The notes under the pieces were generated by a model. The model ran no database searches. It was not told the DNA's origin and saw only the letters and a program-made list of their open reading frames with translations. A DNA stretch of 64,000 nucleotides from an uncultured Gammaproteobacteria bacterium (GTDB taxonomy: Bacteria; Patescibacteriota; Patescibacteriia; 2-12-FULL-57-11): positions 84,509-148,508 of the forward strand of contig CAZYLV010000001.1 in the NCBI GenBank assembly GCA_964648865.1. Reading direction: 5' to 3'. The position numbers and the translations under genes are program-made. This document shows positions 16,582-29,100 of the stretch, piece by piece (within the stretch, counting starts at the first letter, position 1; each line of letters begins with the position of its first letter).

Positions 16582-19251
16582 TCACCGCAGGTTGAGGATG
16601 AAGACACAGGATGCGGTCGGCTCCGGCGAGTCGACCGTACAGACCACGGACATCGGGACTCCGTCCACGAGTACCTCGGGGACGACGCCGCGACGAAGTC
16701 TGCAGCCCGTTGCCGCAGTCCCCTCGCACTCGAAGTCCACACCAGTGCTCCGGGGATAGATTCCCTGGACGCGGTAGAGGTCGCGACGGACGCCGGTGAA
16801 CACGGTCCATGCGCAACTCTCGTGCGGAGGATAGGGATAGAGACTCCACCCGCTCCGGTCCGGCAGGTCCGTCTCGAGGAAGGCGGAAGCGCCCGGACAC
16901 CAGCGGACCTCGACGCGCATGCCGCCGCTGTCCGCATCTCGTCCGGGATCGATGCCACCATCCCGTGTACCGGTATCGGGAGGTCCTGCATCCCTCCCGC
17001 CGGCATCCGTTCCTGCATCAGGTGTTCCCGCATCGATGGACAGGGGCGCACAGACACCCTCGTCCACTAACCCGTCGCAGTCGTCATCGAGCCCGTTGCA
17101 TGACTCGGGGCCCGCGATGGCGCGCTCGGGATCGGTCGGCGCGCAGTCGCCGATGTCGGTGATGCCGTCGCCGTCGGTGTCCCGAAGCTGACAGCCGTAT
17201 GCCGCGGAGCAGGAATGCAGCGCGTCGCAGCGGCTGTCGTCGGGGGTATGCACGCACGAGGTCCCCACGCACCGGTCGGCGGTGCAGGCGACGTCGTAGG
17301 TGCAGTGTTCGTCCAGAGTGCAGTACCCATGAGGCATGCATCCGGACGTCGGGTGGCAGTACTGCCCCGAGGGGCAGCGCTCGTCGAGCGGACGATGTTG
17401 GCAGCGATGGCTCGCATCGCACCAGTCATGGATGCAATCATCCCTGTCGCCGCACTGAGCGTCTGCGGTGCAGCCGCCCGCGATGCATGCCCCGGAGACG
17501 CAGTGCGCGTCACCGGAACAGGCGTTGCCGCAGCGCCCGCAGTTGAGATCGTCCGACGCCAGGTCGAACGGCTCATCCACGAGCAGGTCGCAGTCGTTGT
17601 CGCGGCCGTCGCAGCGCTCCGCGGCGTCCGGCCAGCTGGCCGGATCCGCGTCGTCGCAGTCCCGTCCGCCGCAGGATGTGGAGAGGTACCCGTCGCCGTC
17701 GGCGTCCGGACAGTCGCCGCCACCACCACCGATATCCGGATCGACTTCGTCAGGATAGCTGCTCAAACCATCCACGCAATCCGCAGTGCTGACCGTCGTC
17801 ACCGGATGCGGGCCGCCAATCGGACAGACACGCAGCGAATCGACGTCAAGCGACCCACCGAACCCCCTAGCCAACACGCTCGTGGAACCGTCAGAGATCA
17901 TGATCACATCAGAGGAATCCCCCTCGAGATCAAAGCCCATCTGACGCGCCACCTCCGCGTCCAGAGTGTAGGCGATACCGCCGTTCGTGATGAGCGTGAA
18001 GTCCGACTGACCGTGTTCACGGACAAGCACGCCATCACGCAGATAGAGCTGCCCGCGCACAGGATACTCGCACCCGACGTACTCCGAGAGCACTTCGAGA
18101 TGCGAAAACCCGTAAGATCGCAGGAGCGCATGATAGGCGTGTTGGGACGACTCGAACGGAATCCGGTAACGCGAGAATTCCCCACGATCATCGATCGTAA
18201 GGAAAGTCTCAGTCACCATGCCCCAGCCAAGACGTCGATTGCAGGTCGTTACCCGCATCGTCACAGGAAGATCGATGACCGACCCATGGGCAACGCAAGA
18301 TACATCCTCCACGGGAAGGACGCGACCGAAAGGATCTCCGGGTTCAAGGTAGAGCCGACGTGAGCGCAGGTCATCCTCGGTTTCGAGCCATCGGAGCCGG
18401 CCGTCATCATCACGCAGGTAGACGCGACTGTCCACGATTGTTTCGGACCTACTGTCATCAGGAAGCTTGACGAGGATGCCGACCGGCGGATTCAGGAACG
18501 CCAAACGATGAATCACCTCGCGGGGCTCACCAAAGTCGAGCAAGCGGGAGGATCCTTCGCCAGGCCGGTTGTCGTAACCACGGAGGTAATATCCACCGTC
18601 GACTCTCCGAGCTTGTGCTTCCGACATGAGCCGGATGCCCAGATGCAAGTGGGGCAGGCCGTCCCCATTGTGGTCATCGGGGTCGGCGTAGTACGGCTCG
18701 GGACACATCGAGTCGTTGACGTACCCGATAATGTCCTGCTCCGTGACCCAATCGCCGACGCGCCAGGGGAGTTCGGGGCCATCGCGCTCACGCGACTTCC
18801 TCAGGTGTCCGTAGACCGAGAGGATGTAGCGGGTACGAACCATCCTGGTCATGGTGCCTGCACCGGCGAGGAACTCGAACTCGCGTCCTAGATCATGTTC
18901 GATGCCCACATAGAGTTCGCCATAACCGGTTCCAAGCGTGCCCTGTGCACGATAGTGCACAATCCTCCCCGGACCGATGGGACGCACCGGGGTTCCGACC
19001 GGAAGAGCGATATCCTCTCCGAGGTGGTTCCCGTCCCGATAGAAGTACCGACGCAGGTGACTGCCCGGAATATACAGCGACGGGTGTACGGGGTAACGGG
19101 CGAAGTACATAATCCTCGGTCCACGTTCAGTCACCGATCCTGAGAGCGTACTGGACGCCTCGTCATCGAGACTTCCGATACACCCAGGGATGCTCGTTGG
19201 CAGAATGAGGACGGGCAGCACGAAGCACAGAGCCTCACGAATATGACACAT
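16582..19251 (-). CDS. secreted M23 family metallopeptidase with MopE-type Cys-rich repeats, paralog of 5002..6921
   Basis: M23 signatures GNHLGEDIALPVGTPVRPIGPG, GYGELYVGIEHD and LPHLHLGIRL. A shared middle-domain motif (YLRDDDGRLRWLETEDDLRSRRLY here, FLVDDDGRLRWLRTEDDLRSRRLF in the paralog). C-terminal region with DCDDADP, CDGRDNDCDLLVDE and CNGLDDDCDGLVDE. AAGGAG SD 8 nt upstream. Confidence 0.75.
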   Translation of the reverse strand: MCHIREALCFVLPVLILPTSIPGCIGSLDDEASSTLSGSVTERGPRIMYFARYPVHPSLYIPGSHLRRYFYRDGNHLGEDIALPVGTPVRPIGPGRIVHYRAQGTLGTGYGELYVGIEHDLGREFEFLAGAGTMTRMVRTRYILSVYGHLRKSRERDGPELPWRVGDWVTEQDIIGYVNDSMCPEPYYADPDDHNGDGLPHLHLGIRLMSEAQARRVDGGYYLRGYDNRPGEGSSRLLDFGEPREVIHRLAFLNPPVGILVKLPDDSRSETIVDSRVYLRDDDGRLRWLETEDDLRSRRLYLEPGDPFGRVLPVEDVSCVAHGSVIDLPVTMRVTTCNRRLGWGMVTETFLTIDDRGEFSRYRIPFESSQHAYHALLRSYGFSHLEVLSEYVGCEYPVRGQLYLRDGVLVREHGQSDFTLITNGGIAYTLDAEVARQMGFDLEGDSSDVIMISDGSTSVLARGFGGSLDVDSLRVCPIGGPHPVTTVSTADCVDGLSSYPDEVDPDIGGGGGDCPDADGDGYLSTSCGGRDCDDADPASWPDAAERCDGRDNDCDLLVDEPFDLASDDLNCGRCGNACSGDAHCVSGACIAGGCTADAQCGDRDDCIHDWCDASHRCQHRPLDERCPSGQYCHPTSGCMPHGYCTLDEHCTYDVACTADRCVGTSCVHTPDDSRCDALHSCSAAYGCQLRDTDGDGITDIGDCAPTDPERAIAGPESCNGLDDDCDGLVDEGVCAPLSIDAGTPDAGTDAGGRDAGPPDTGTRDGGIDPGRDADSGGMRVEVRWCPGASAFLETDLPDRSGWSLYPYPPHESCAWTVFTGVRRDLYRVQGIYPRSTGVDFECEGTAATGCRLRRGVVPEVLVDGVPMSVVCTVDSPEPTASCVFILNLR

Positions 19252-19353
19252 GGATACTTCTCCTTGTTGTCAAGGTACTCCTTGACGATTCGATATCACG
19301 AAGGGAAGAAGGGATCCTTACCTCCCCTCGTAAGTCGAATCGTCTCCACTTCC

Positions 19354-19375
19354 AAAAAAACCGATTTCCCTATCG
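19354..19375 (-). terminator. weak terminator overlapping the stop of the lipoprotein gene
   Basis: CGAT-agggaa-ATCG followed by GTTTTTTT on the minus strand. Confidence 0.4.
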
Positions 19376-20044
19376 CTGAGCGATCGTCTGGGCCACGAGA
19401 TCCGTGTCTTTGGTCAACTGCTCGATGGTATCGATGGCTTCACCCACTCCAGCGATTTCCAAGTCGTACTCGGCAAAATTCAGCCAGATCCTAACGACCT
19501 TGTCCCCAACGGTCACATGAACCACACGAAGCAACCTGATCACCTTCACTTCATCTGCATCCCTGACTGCGGCAAGGACGTCGAAAAACTTTCCATCCGC
19601 GACGCCATCGATGTATGTCTCCTCCCCATCTTTCGTGAATCGAACGGTGTACTCGATTTCCTCTAGAGCCTGGCGCCCACCGATTGTCGTCAGGCGACGG
19701 AATGGACGTAGCGCACCTTCCTCAATATCGTTGGCGCGAAGCCTGTCTTGATACAATTCCCATCCAAAAAAGTTCTCACCGTCGTCAAAGTAATCGATGG
19801 TCATCGTGGCCGGAATCGTCGCGTCGGAATCAGTGATGTAGTACTGCTTCCTGCCAGCGTCATGCGCGACGGTAAAGCCTGCTGGATACTCGAAAACCAA
19901 GTCACCCTGATCAAACGAGAGCTCGGCTCCCTGATCTTTGGCGTTGGAATTCGTGCCGGGCGACTGGATCAGTCGGAACACGGAGCACCCCGTCCCGAGA
20001 AGAACGAGAGCCGCGACGAAAGCGATGGGACGGAGATAGCGCAT
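19370..20044 (-). CDS. hypothetical lipoprotein
   Basis: The start was trimmed to ATG 20044. N-terminus MRYLRPIAFVAALVLLGTGCS has a signal peptide and lipobox. The track's upstream extension is Arg/His-rich junk. TTGACA-N17-TACGCA lies upstream. Confidence 0.6.
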   Translation of the reverse strand: MRYLRPIAFVAALVLLGTGCSVFRLIQSPGTNSNAKDQGAELSFDQGDLVFEYPAGFTVAHDAGRKQYYITDSDATIPATMTIDYFDDGENFFGWELYQDRLRANDIEEGALRPFRRLTTIGGRQALEEIEYTVRFTKDGEETYIDGVADGKFFDVLAAVRDADEVKVIRLLRVVHVTVGDKVVRIWLNFAEYDLEIAGVGEAIDTIEQLTKDTDLVAQTIAQR

Positions 20045-20106
20045 ACGCCTACAGGATAGGCCTAAGGAAGCTGCGTACCAAGGCCTCCATTCCTTGTCAA
20101 GCCCCC

Positions 20107-20140
20107 TTGAAAACAGAAACCCGGGCCATGCCCGGGTTTC
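20107..20140 (-). terminator. rho-independent terminator after the giant gene
   Basis: Perfect 11-bp stem GAAACCCGGGC-cat-GCCCGGGTTTC followed by TGTTTTCAA on the minus strand. Confidence 0.6.
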
Positions 20141-20145
20141 TCGTC

Positions 20146-23100
20146 CTACTCGTGCGGGTACACGATGATGTCCCCGGCGTATTCCGTGAATGGCGTATTG
20201 ACTCTGATGTTGCCGGGGGTTAGTGCGCACTCGTTCGTCGTCACTCCACCAGAAGTGAGCGTCGAATTTGTAAGCGCGTTGTAGCAGCTGCTGGCTGCAG
20301 TTCCACCCGGAGCGTCGCACGTCCCGTTGCAGAAGCCCCAGTTGTCCTGCACCTGGACGCGGGGACGATAGACGCAGGCCTCGCGGCCGTCCGGCTGCAC
20401 GCGCACGCAATTGTTGGTGCCGTCCCAGCAGCGGGCCGTGGGGTCGCTGGAGCAGATGTAGGCGTGGTTGTAGGCGAAGGGGGCGGTGCTGTCGCAGGCG
20501 TCCGAGGACGTGCCGAAGGTCGTGCCGTCGCAGCGGGACTGCAGCTCGCGTGCCTCGGTGCCGTCGGGACGTGTCGTGACACGGTACTCGTACCCGCGGC
20601 GGTTCTTGTAGCTGGAGTTGGGGTTGTTGCCCGAGGGATTGGTGCCGTCGCCCCAGTCCACGATGACGTTGCGGATGGGCATCTGATCGTTCTGGGCGTA
20701 GGCGAAGAAGCGGACCGAGACCTGCTTGAAGCCGTTGCCGCCCACGATGTCGCCCACCGACTGTCCGTTGACCGTGATGCGGTCCGTGGCGCCCTCGAAG
20801 CACTGGTTGCTGGTGTTGCAGCCTTCCACGGCGAGCACCACCGGCGGTTGGCCGACGATGTGCGACTCGTCGTAGACGAGCGACGCGGGATCGTAGTCCA
20901 CCTCGGCCGGCAGCGGCACGCCCGGCGCGAAGACGCGGTAGTCGGCGTTGACGTTGCTGTTGACGTCGGTGCGGTGATAGAGGAAGAGGCTCTGCGTGGC
21001 GGCGAAGAGCTGCCGGAGCCGCTCGAGCACGTACTCGAGGTTCGGCAGGCCTGTGCCGGCGGCGTCCGCGCCGTAGCTGCGGCAGGTGACCCCATCGACG
21101 TCGCAGACGCGGCCGGTACCGGTGCCGCTATTCTGGCAGATGCCCGCGGTCGGCCGCTCCGGATCGGTCGGCACGCAGCGCAGGTGCGCGCAATCGCTTT
21201 CGAAGACACAGGCGCGCGAACCGATGCTGCTGTCGGCGTTGACGCAGGTGCCGACGATCTCGCGGTCGTGCGGGTCGCTGCGGCGGCGCACGCCGTCAAT
21301 CGGCCAGCGGCTGTCACAGGCGCGCGGGCTGGTGGCCCAGGTGTCCACGCCGACCGGGCCCGGATCGACCGGCGTCGTGCAGAAGCCGGCGTTCAGGTCC
21401 ACGTTGAACTCGCAGGTGCCCAGGCCCAACCCCGGGCAGGGATCGGTACCGCCTGAGGGGACGGTGCAGCGCTGCAGGCAGGCGCGCACGCGGCCGCTGC
21501 CTTGGTCGCACTGGGGCTGGGACGCTCCGGGCGCGGCCGAGCAGGCCACGTCGCCGTCCTCGCCCACGGGGCAGGTGATCCCGGTGCCGCCCGCGGTGAT
21601 GGTGGCGTAGGGACGCGATTCGGCGTTGGAGACCTCCGTGGCACCGGCCGGGCAGGTGCCGCCCACGGTCGGCAGGTTATAGGCGCGTGTGCCGTCGACA
21701 CGGCAGGTGAGATGCTCGACCGGGCTGTAGTCGACGTTGGCAGCGGTCTGCTCGTCGATATTGGCCGTCACGGCGCGGCCGTAGGGCTGCAGCGCGTCCG
21801 GCGTCTGGGCCCAGGTGTAGCGCAACTCCGGCGTCTCCGTCCTGATGCCGATGGGGTCGGTGATGGTGTAACCCGCGCCAGGGGGCGTTGTGCGGCCGTT
21901 GCCCAGCCGCCCGGTGTAGACCTTGTTGAGCACCGGCGAACCGACGGTCGCCACGGTCACCGCGGCCTCGCAACCGAGGAACGGCGTGCCCGGGGAGTTG
22001 GGGCCGTCCGGGATGGGCGTGTCGAGGGCCACGCAGTCGGCGTAGTGTCCGAGCGCGCTGTCCGGCTCGATGCCGGTCGCGGTGATGGTCACGTCATCAT
22101 CCGGATAATCGAGCCCGGCGCTCTGCTTGAGCGTCTTCCCCTCAAGGAGCCAGACCTCGGCGTAGCTGGCCGGTGCCTGGATATAGGTCGGGATCTGCGC
22201 GGGCGTCACATAGCCGATGCCGTCTTCATCGCAGTGACTGGTGGTCGCCTGGTTGTACCGCTGCATCGGGAGACCCTGTTCGCGTGGCGGTTCGCAGGGC
22301 CGCTTGAGCGGGTCGGCCATGTGGCGCGAGTTGCGGGGCACGCAGATGTAGTGGTTGCCGGACTCGTATGTGGTGCGGCGGCCGGGGCAGTCCTCGACGC
22401 CGGCCGCATCGTGGGAGCTAGAAGGAACCCCGGCCATGACCACGAAGGCCTCGTCCGCCGGGCAGTCGCGCTCCGGGTTGCCCTGTTCGTCGTCGATGAG
22501 GATCTTGGGCTCAACACAGCCGCCCGACCCCGCCCTGCAGTAGGGCGTGCATTCGGGGATGACGTCCGAAAGGGTGTTCTCCGCGCAACCCATCACCACC
22601 GTGTAAGGATCGCCGCCTACCATGATGCTGTGGCTCGTGGTGTTGAACCGGGCGTAGGGTGCGATGCGCTTGTAGGCATCCGGCACGGCGCAATAGGCGG
22701 CGCCGGAGACGTTGAACCCGGCGTTGGGGTAATTGTTGTAGACGTCGACGTTGCCGGAGAGCCGGTCGACCGGCAGCCAGGTGATGCAGGCGCGGCCCGG
22801 CTGCTCGTAGCTGTGGTCCTGCAGCCCGTTGATGGAGAAACCGAGGTCGCGCTCCAGGCAGTAGCCCTCGATGCCCTGGACGGTGTTGACCCGGGAGATG
22901 GCGTTGCAGGTGCCGCCGGTGCCGCAGCTGGTGGCCGCGGACGGATCGCAATCCTGCTTGTCGCGCGGGCCGCCTTGGCAGAGGCCCGACGGAGGTGTCA
23001 CTTCGCTCACCGCGCTGCGGTAGATGGTGCCTTGTCCGCCCGTGTACTCGATCTTCTCGTAGGTGCACTCGCAATCCTGGCCGCGCTCGCAGAGCGTGGC

Positions 23101-26100
23101 GCGGTTGAAGCTCGGCGAGACGGTCTTCGGCAGGGAGCGGAGGAAGTCCGGCGTCGAGGTGGCCTTCCACTCGCGCACCACGGAATTGGGGAACGGCGCG
23201 TTGCGCTCCGGATAGGTGCGGCAGCTCGGCGCCTCGGTGTTCTGCTCGATCCCGAACGGGGTGAGCGGCAGCGGCTCGTCGCGCAGGACGGTGGCGGTCT
23301 CGACCGGCGAGCCGTACGGCGACTGGGCGCAGAACCCGCTCCAGCAGCGGCCGGTGCCGCGCGCCGGGAAGTCCGCGTTGTCGCAGGCGTCGCCGTCGAC
23401 GGCGGTCGCGTCGCATGCGCCGATGACCCGCGCCAGACGGAAGGTCGGCACCTGGTTGCAGAGCCCGACGCCGGCGCAGTCGGCGTCGCTCTCGCAGGCC
23501 CGCGTGGCGTCGTCCGTGCAGAAGCGGCCCACGGGGATCTGCCGCAGCGACTCGACGTCGTACATGTGCGGCACGGAGTAGCCGGAGTAATCGAGCGCGC
23601 CGTAGCCGGTCTCGCGCGACGCATAAGTCTCCGCGGTGAGGATGGTGGGTTCGCGGCTGACCCACCGGGTGCAGACGGAGGTGTCCCCCGACTTCTGGTA
23701 CTCGGCGCAGCGGCCGATGGCGTCGCAGATCTCGATGAAGCGGTTGCGGCTGGGGTCCCAGACCGGCGTCGAGCTCTGGCAGGCGAGCCACTCGCCGCAG
23801 ACACGGTCGCGGGTGACCTTCATGACCACGTTGGCGTCGTCCTGCGCCGGGGCGTAGAGCGCCTGGAAGTCCCCGAGGCTGACCTCCCGGCCGCGCCCGT
23901 CCAGGAAGCGGTCGGAGCACGTGCCGCCGCCGGCGAAGCGCGGTTCGCTGGGGCTGCCGTCCGCCGCCGGCAGCACGCAGGTGCCGGTCTCCCCCGCCTC
24001 GGCGTCCAAGCAATGTTCCGTGACGCTGCACGAGCCGCCCCAGCGGGCGCTGGTGCAGGTCGTGCCGCTGATGGTCGAACGGTAGAGGCACTGGCCGCAG
24101 CCGGCCGGCCCGCAGGTGACGGGCGCCGACGCGCCGCCGCGGACTTCCGCCGCCAGGTTGGAGACGTCGGCGCTCGAGCTCAGCACCGGGCTGCTGGTGT
24201 CGTTGAACAGCACGCAGCCGTCGAGCGGGTTGACCTGGTCGCGGCAGGTGGCCAGGTCGATCTTCTGGTTCTTGAGGTACGTGTAGGGGCGGCCGAGGGG
24301 CGCGGTGATGTCCTTGTCCGTGGGGTCGAGGAACTCCGTGCAGCTCGAGAACTGCGCGGGGCAGAGCCCGGCGAATCCGGCGTAGTCGACGTCGCCGTTG
24401 CGCCAGATGCCGTACGTCGCGCCGGAGATGACGTAGCTCCCGTCGCAGGGGATGTCCGTCCCCTTGCGGAACCAGCCGTCGTACTCGCGCGTCCCCACGC
24501 GCACCGTCTTGCGGTACTCGCAGGTACGGTCTTCCGGATCCTTGAAGTAGGCCTTGCCGGTGGTGATGCCGACCTCGGTCCATTCCTGGCAGCCCACGGC
24601 CTCGATGGTGCAGAGCGACTCGCCGTAGGTCTGCGGGTTGTTGAGCACCGGGACGTCGGCGTACGCCACGGCGGTGCCGGCCGGGTAGGGCTCGCGCCAC
24701 GGCAGCGGGGCGCGGCAGGCCGTCTCTCCCGCGGCGACGCGGCAGATGAGCTCGCCACCGACCGTGCAGTCGCAGGTGGTCGCGCCCGCGCCCGGCGTGC
24801 AGGCGTCCGGCGCGCTGTCGGCGTCGGCGCCGTCGGGCATGGTGCAGGTGCGGCCCGCCGGGTTGCCGGCCAAGGTGCAGCCGGCCTCGCCTTGGTCGCA
24901 CTCGTGCTCGCCGTCGTCGACGACGTAGACCGTGCGGTCGGCAGGCACGACCACGAGGTCCTGCGGCCGGCCGACGCACGTGCCGGGCGCGCCCAAGCGC
25001 ACCGGGACGCCGGTGCCGTCGACGATGGTCACCCCGTCCACCTGGCAGGTGCCGGCCGCGGCCATGGCAAAGGAGACGGCCAGCGGGACGTCGTCGGCGA
25101 CGTAGCGGCAGGAACGGCGGTTGACGCCGACCGTGCAGACCTCACGGCCGTCGACCGTGCAGGGCGTCGGCGCGGCGGCCGGAGCGGCCAGCACGCAGAG
25201 CGCGTTCCAGGACTCACGGCCCGGCGAGAGCGACTGCTGGGTCTGGACGAAGGCCGTGCAGCCCACCGCCTTCTCGCGGCACAGCGAGCTGAAGCCGGTC
25301 AGGTATTCCGTGCGCTCGGCCTTCTCGGCGCGGTACTCGGTGCAGCCGAGCTGGGCCTGCGGCAGGAAGGCGCCGGCGGCGTTCTGGTCGCAGACCGCGG
25401 GGATGGTCCAGCTGTCCTTGACGAGCGCGATGTTGGAGGCCACGCGGGTCAGCTCCACCCGGTCGATGAATGAGGTGTCCGTGAAGCCGGTGAAGACGAG
25501 CCGCTCGTCGGCAGCGGGCACCCAGTCCACCAGGACCGGCCCGAAGCTGTAGCGGTTCCAGGTGGCGCCGAGCGTCGCCCCGGCCGTGAAGGCCTGCTCC
25601 GGCCGCGCACCGGAGAAGCGCACGCCGACGGTGCCGCGGCCCTTTGCCCAGAACGTGAGGTAGTAGGTGTCGCCCTGGACGATGCGCGGATCCGCGACGA
25701 CGCCGCGCGTGAGCTCGGTGCCGGCGTCGACGCGCAGCGAGTGGCCGCCGACGGCGGTCGACTCGGTGGAGACGGCCGTCGCGGCGTCCGGCTGCCAGCC
25801 GTCGCGGCTGCCGCCCTCGAAGTCCCAGGAGGCCAGGCGGCGGACGTTGGCGCCGGCGTTGCCGGTGTAGAGCCGGCAGCCGGCCTCCGGCGCGCCGCAG
25901 GAGCGCGACTCGGGCGCGTAGGCGTTGAAGGTGCAGCCGAGGTCCGAGACGCTCGTCGAATTCCAGGTGCCGCCGATGCCTTCGCAGACGTTGCAGCGGC
26001 CGTCGACGAAGCGTCCGCCGCCGGCGCTGCAGGACGCGGCGTCGGTCGCGGCCGGATCCGTCGGCAGCTCCGTCATGCGCAGCGGCCGGCACTCCTCGGT

Positions 26101-29100
26101 GATGACGATGGTCCGCGAGTAGAGCCGGTAGGAGACGTTACCGGCGATGTCGAAGAACTCGCGGCAGTCGGGATTGGTGCCTGCGAGGTAGATCTCGCGC
26201 GTGCAGCTGGCGAGGTCCGTGCCGCGGATGACCTCGGGCGGACGTGCGCCGCCCGGCCCCACGGCCGCGCCGGCCTTGAGCCGCCATTCCTTGAGCTGGA
26301 AGCCGGTCGTATCCGAACCCTCCCAGGTGTAGTAGACGGGCACGGTCTCCCCCACCGCGGGCTTCTCGCAGGTCCGCAGCTGGGCGTAGTACTCACGGGC
26401 CTCGCCGCCGGCCGCGGCCAGGTCGAGGTTGGTGAACTCCGTGCAGCCCGCCGAGGCCACCGAGCAGGTGTCCCCGCGCTGCGGGATGAGGTGCACCGGA
26501 TAGCGGGCGAAGGACAGCGTGCTAGCTTCTTCCTTATAGGTGGCGTAGCCCGCGCAGACCGCCGGGCAGCGGTTCTCGTCGGCGACGATGCCGGGAACGG
26601 GCGTGCCGCCGGTCGAGGGCGTGTAGGCGTCGCAGCCGACCTCGTCCTGGCGGCAGATGCCGGCGTAGTCCTCGCAGCCCGGCGGGTCGGTGTCGCCGCC
26701 GGTGCATCCCAGCCAGGCCGGCGGCAGCGTGAGGTAGTCGCGGCTCGTGGTGGCGTAGGCGGTCGCGCGGAAGCCGCTCTCGAAGCGGCCGTACTCGAGC
26801 TGCACGGCGTCCACCTGGGCGCCGCTCGAGGAGGTCAGGGAGACCTCGACGAAGGCCGCCGCGGCCGGCGCGGTGAAGCTGCAGGCGGCGCGGGAGAAGA
26901 CCACGTCCGAATCCGGCGTCGCGGCGAGCGCCATGCCGGCGCAGGAGGTGTCTGAGGCCGGCACGCTGAGCGCCGTCCCGGCGGCATCGGTCACGCGCAG
27001 CTGGGCGAAGGCCCCGCCGACCGCGGCGCCGGAGGCCCAGCGTGCGTGGTAGGAAAAGGCGTACGTCTCACCCGGGTCGATGCCGATGACCTGGAGGAAC
27101 GGTCCCGCGCCCGGCACGACCGCGGCCGAACCGTCCTGGGCGTCGAAGAGGTCGGTGACGTAGGCGGCGGGCGCGCCGACCCAGGCGTCCGGGCGCGTGG
27201 CCGTCTGCTCGCGGGACTCGAAACTCGGGTTGCGCACGAGGTTCGCCTCGAGCCCCTCGCGCCGGATGAGCTCGGTGCAGCCCGCGGCCTGCGCGTCGCA
27301 GGTACCCGCGTCGCGGTCGAGGAAGAGGCGGCCTTGATCGGCGCGCCAGTCGCCGGTGTCGCCCGCGGGATCCTGCGCGGTGGCGTACCAACGGCAGCCG
27401 GCGTTCTCCACGGAGCAGATCCCCCGGTCGACGGTCGTGGTCAGCACCGAGAGGCTCCTGCCGCCCTGGCCCGCGTAGGTCTGGCAGCCGGCGTACTGCG
27501 CCGGGCAGCTGTCCCCCTCGATGCGCCAGACGTTGCGCTCGCGGGTGCAGTAGCCGTAGCCCGTGCCGCAGGTGCCGTCCGGGTTCTCGGCGATGCAGGT
27601 GGGCGCGTCCACGCAGACCTCGGAGCGGATGTCCGAATCGGCGGTGAGCAGCGTCGGTCCGTAGACCCGCGCCCGGCACTGGGTGACGGGGTACTTGATG
27701 ATCCAGTCCGGGTCGATGAGCTTGCAGAACTCCCCGTTGGGCCCGTCGCAGTCGTTGAAGGCGGAGACGACGTCGCCGAGCGTCGTGTCGGGATCGGCCT
27801 TCTCCGCGGCCAGCTCGAATCCGATGGGGATGATGCGCGCCTTGCGGAGCTTGATGAGGTTGGAGTAGCAGTAGGCGTTGGTGAAGCAATAGGGATCGGC
27901 GTTGCGCGAGGCGCCCTCGCCGGTCGGCGGCACGAGCGGCCAGTCGGCATGGAGGTACCCTTGTTGGATGGCCTGGCGGACGGTCAGCGGCTCGCCCTGG
28001 AGCGCGACACGCACCCCGGCGGCGAAACTCGGATCCATGACGCAGTTGTTGGGGCCGCGCAGCGTGTCCGGGCAGACGGTGAATTCGGCGACGGCGTCGT
28101 AGGAGGCGACCTCGGAGACGCGCGGCGCCAGCAGCCCGGCGAAGGCGGCACGGGCCGCGGCGCGGCCGCCGCGCACCACGCTCTCGGCGTCCGAGAGGTC
28201 CGGCGGACAGTTGAGCCCGGAGAGCGCCTCGCGGGAGTCGGGCACCGCGTCGCGGAAGGCGCAGGCCAGGTCGTAGCCGGTGGTCTCGAAGAGGCCGCCC
28301 TCGAAGGCGCTCTGCAGCAGGGTCGACGCCAGGGTGTTGACGAAGGTGCCGAGCGCCACGGTCAGCACCTGGATGACGCCCTTCGAAAGCACCGGACCGA
28401 TGACGGAGGCCGTGGACTGCTGCTGCTGGCCGCTCTGGCGCGCGGTCTGCTCGAGCGCGGTCTCGCGGATCACGGCGGCCGGCGTCTTCTGGCGGCCGGT
28501 GACGATGTCGGTGACCGCCTTGAAGCCGTCGCCCTCCTCCCGCTCCAGCTTGCTGATGAGCTCCTGCGCGCTGACCTTCTCCTTGACCTTGAGCGGCGCC
28601 TGGAAGAGCGCCGACAGGCCGGTCTGTCCGGGACCCACGGAGACCTGGATGTTGCGCAGGATGGCGCCGGTCTCGAAGCTCGTCGTGAACTGGTCCCACG
28701 ACTGGGCGATGTCGCTCCACTCGCACTTCGGCTCCGGCGACTGGTACTGGGAAGCGATGCCCAGCTGGACGGCCAGGTTGATGCGCGGGGCGTCCGGTCC
28801 GGACGGTTCGCACAGGTTGAACCCCAGGAAGCCGATCTCCGAGAACGTGCCGATGGCCTCGCCGGCCGCGCCGAGCGCGACGTCCGAGAGGTAGGCGCCG
28901 AAGTCCTTATATTGGAAAAGCGTGCCCTGGCCCTTGCCGCCGGAGGCGATGTAGACGGCGGCGTCGTAGGCGATCTTCTGCGCGAAGTAGTTGATGGCGT
29001 TGATGAAGGCCATGGTCACGCCGCCGAGGAGCACCTTGTCCAGGAAGTCCTCGACGTTGTTGATGGTGGTGTTGGCGCCGGTCACCGGATCGGTGACGAC

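Noticed and set aside
21502-25473. 1323-aa plus-strand ORF, with 27046..29232 and other long ORFs antisense to the giant gene
   Set aside because: They lie entirely inside the 3019-aa minus-strand gene. Their composition is Gly/Arg/Ala/Asp junk with no motifs.
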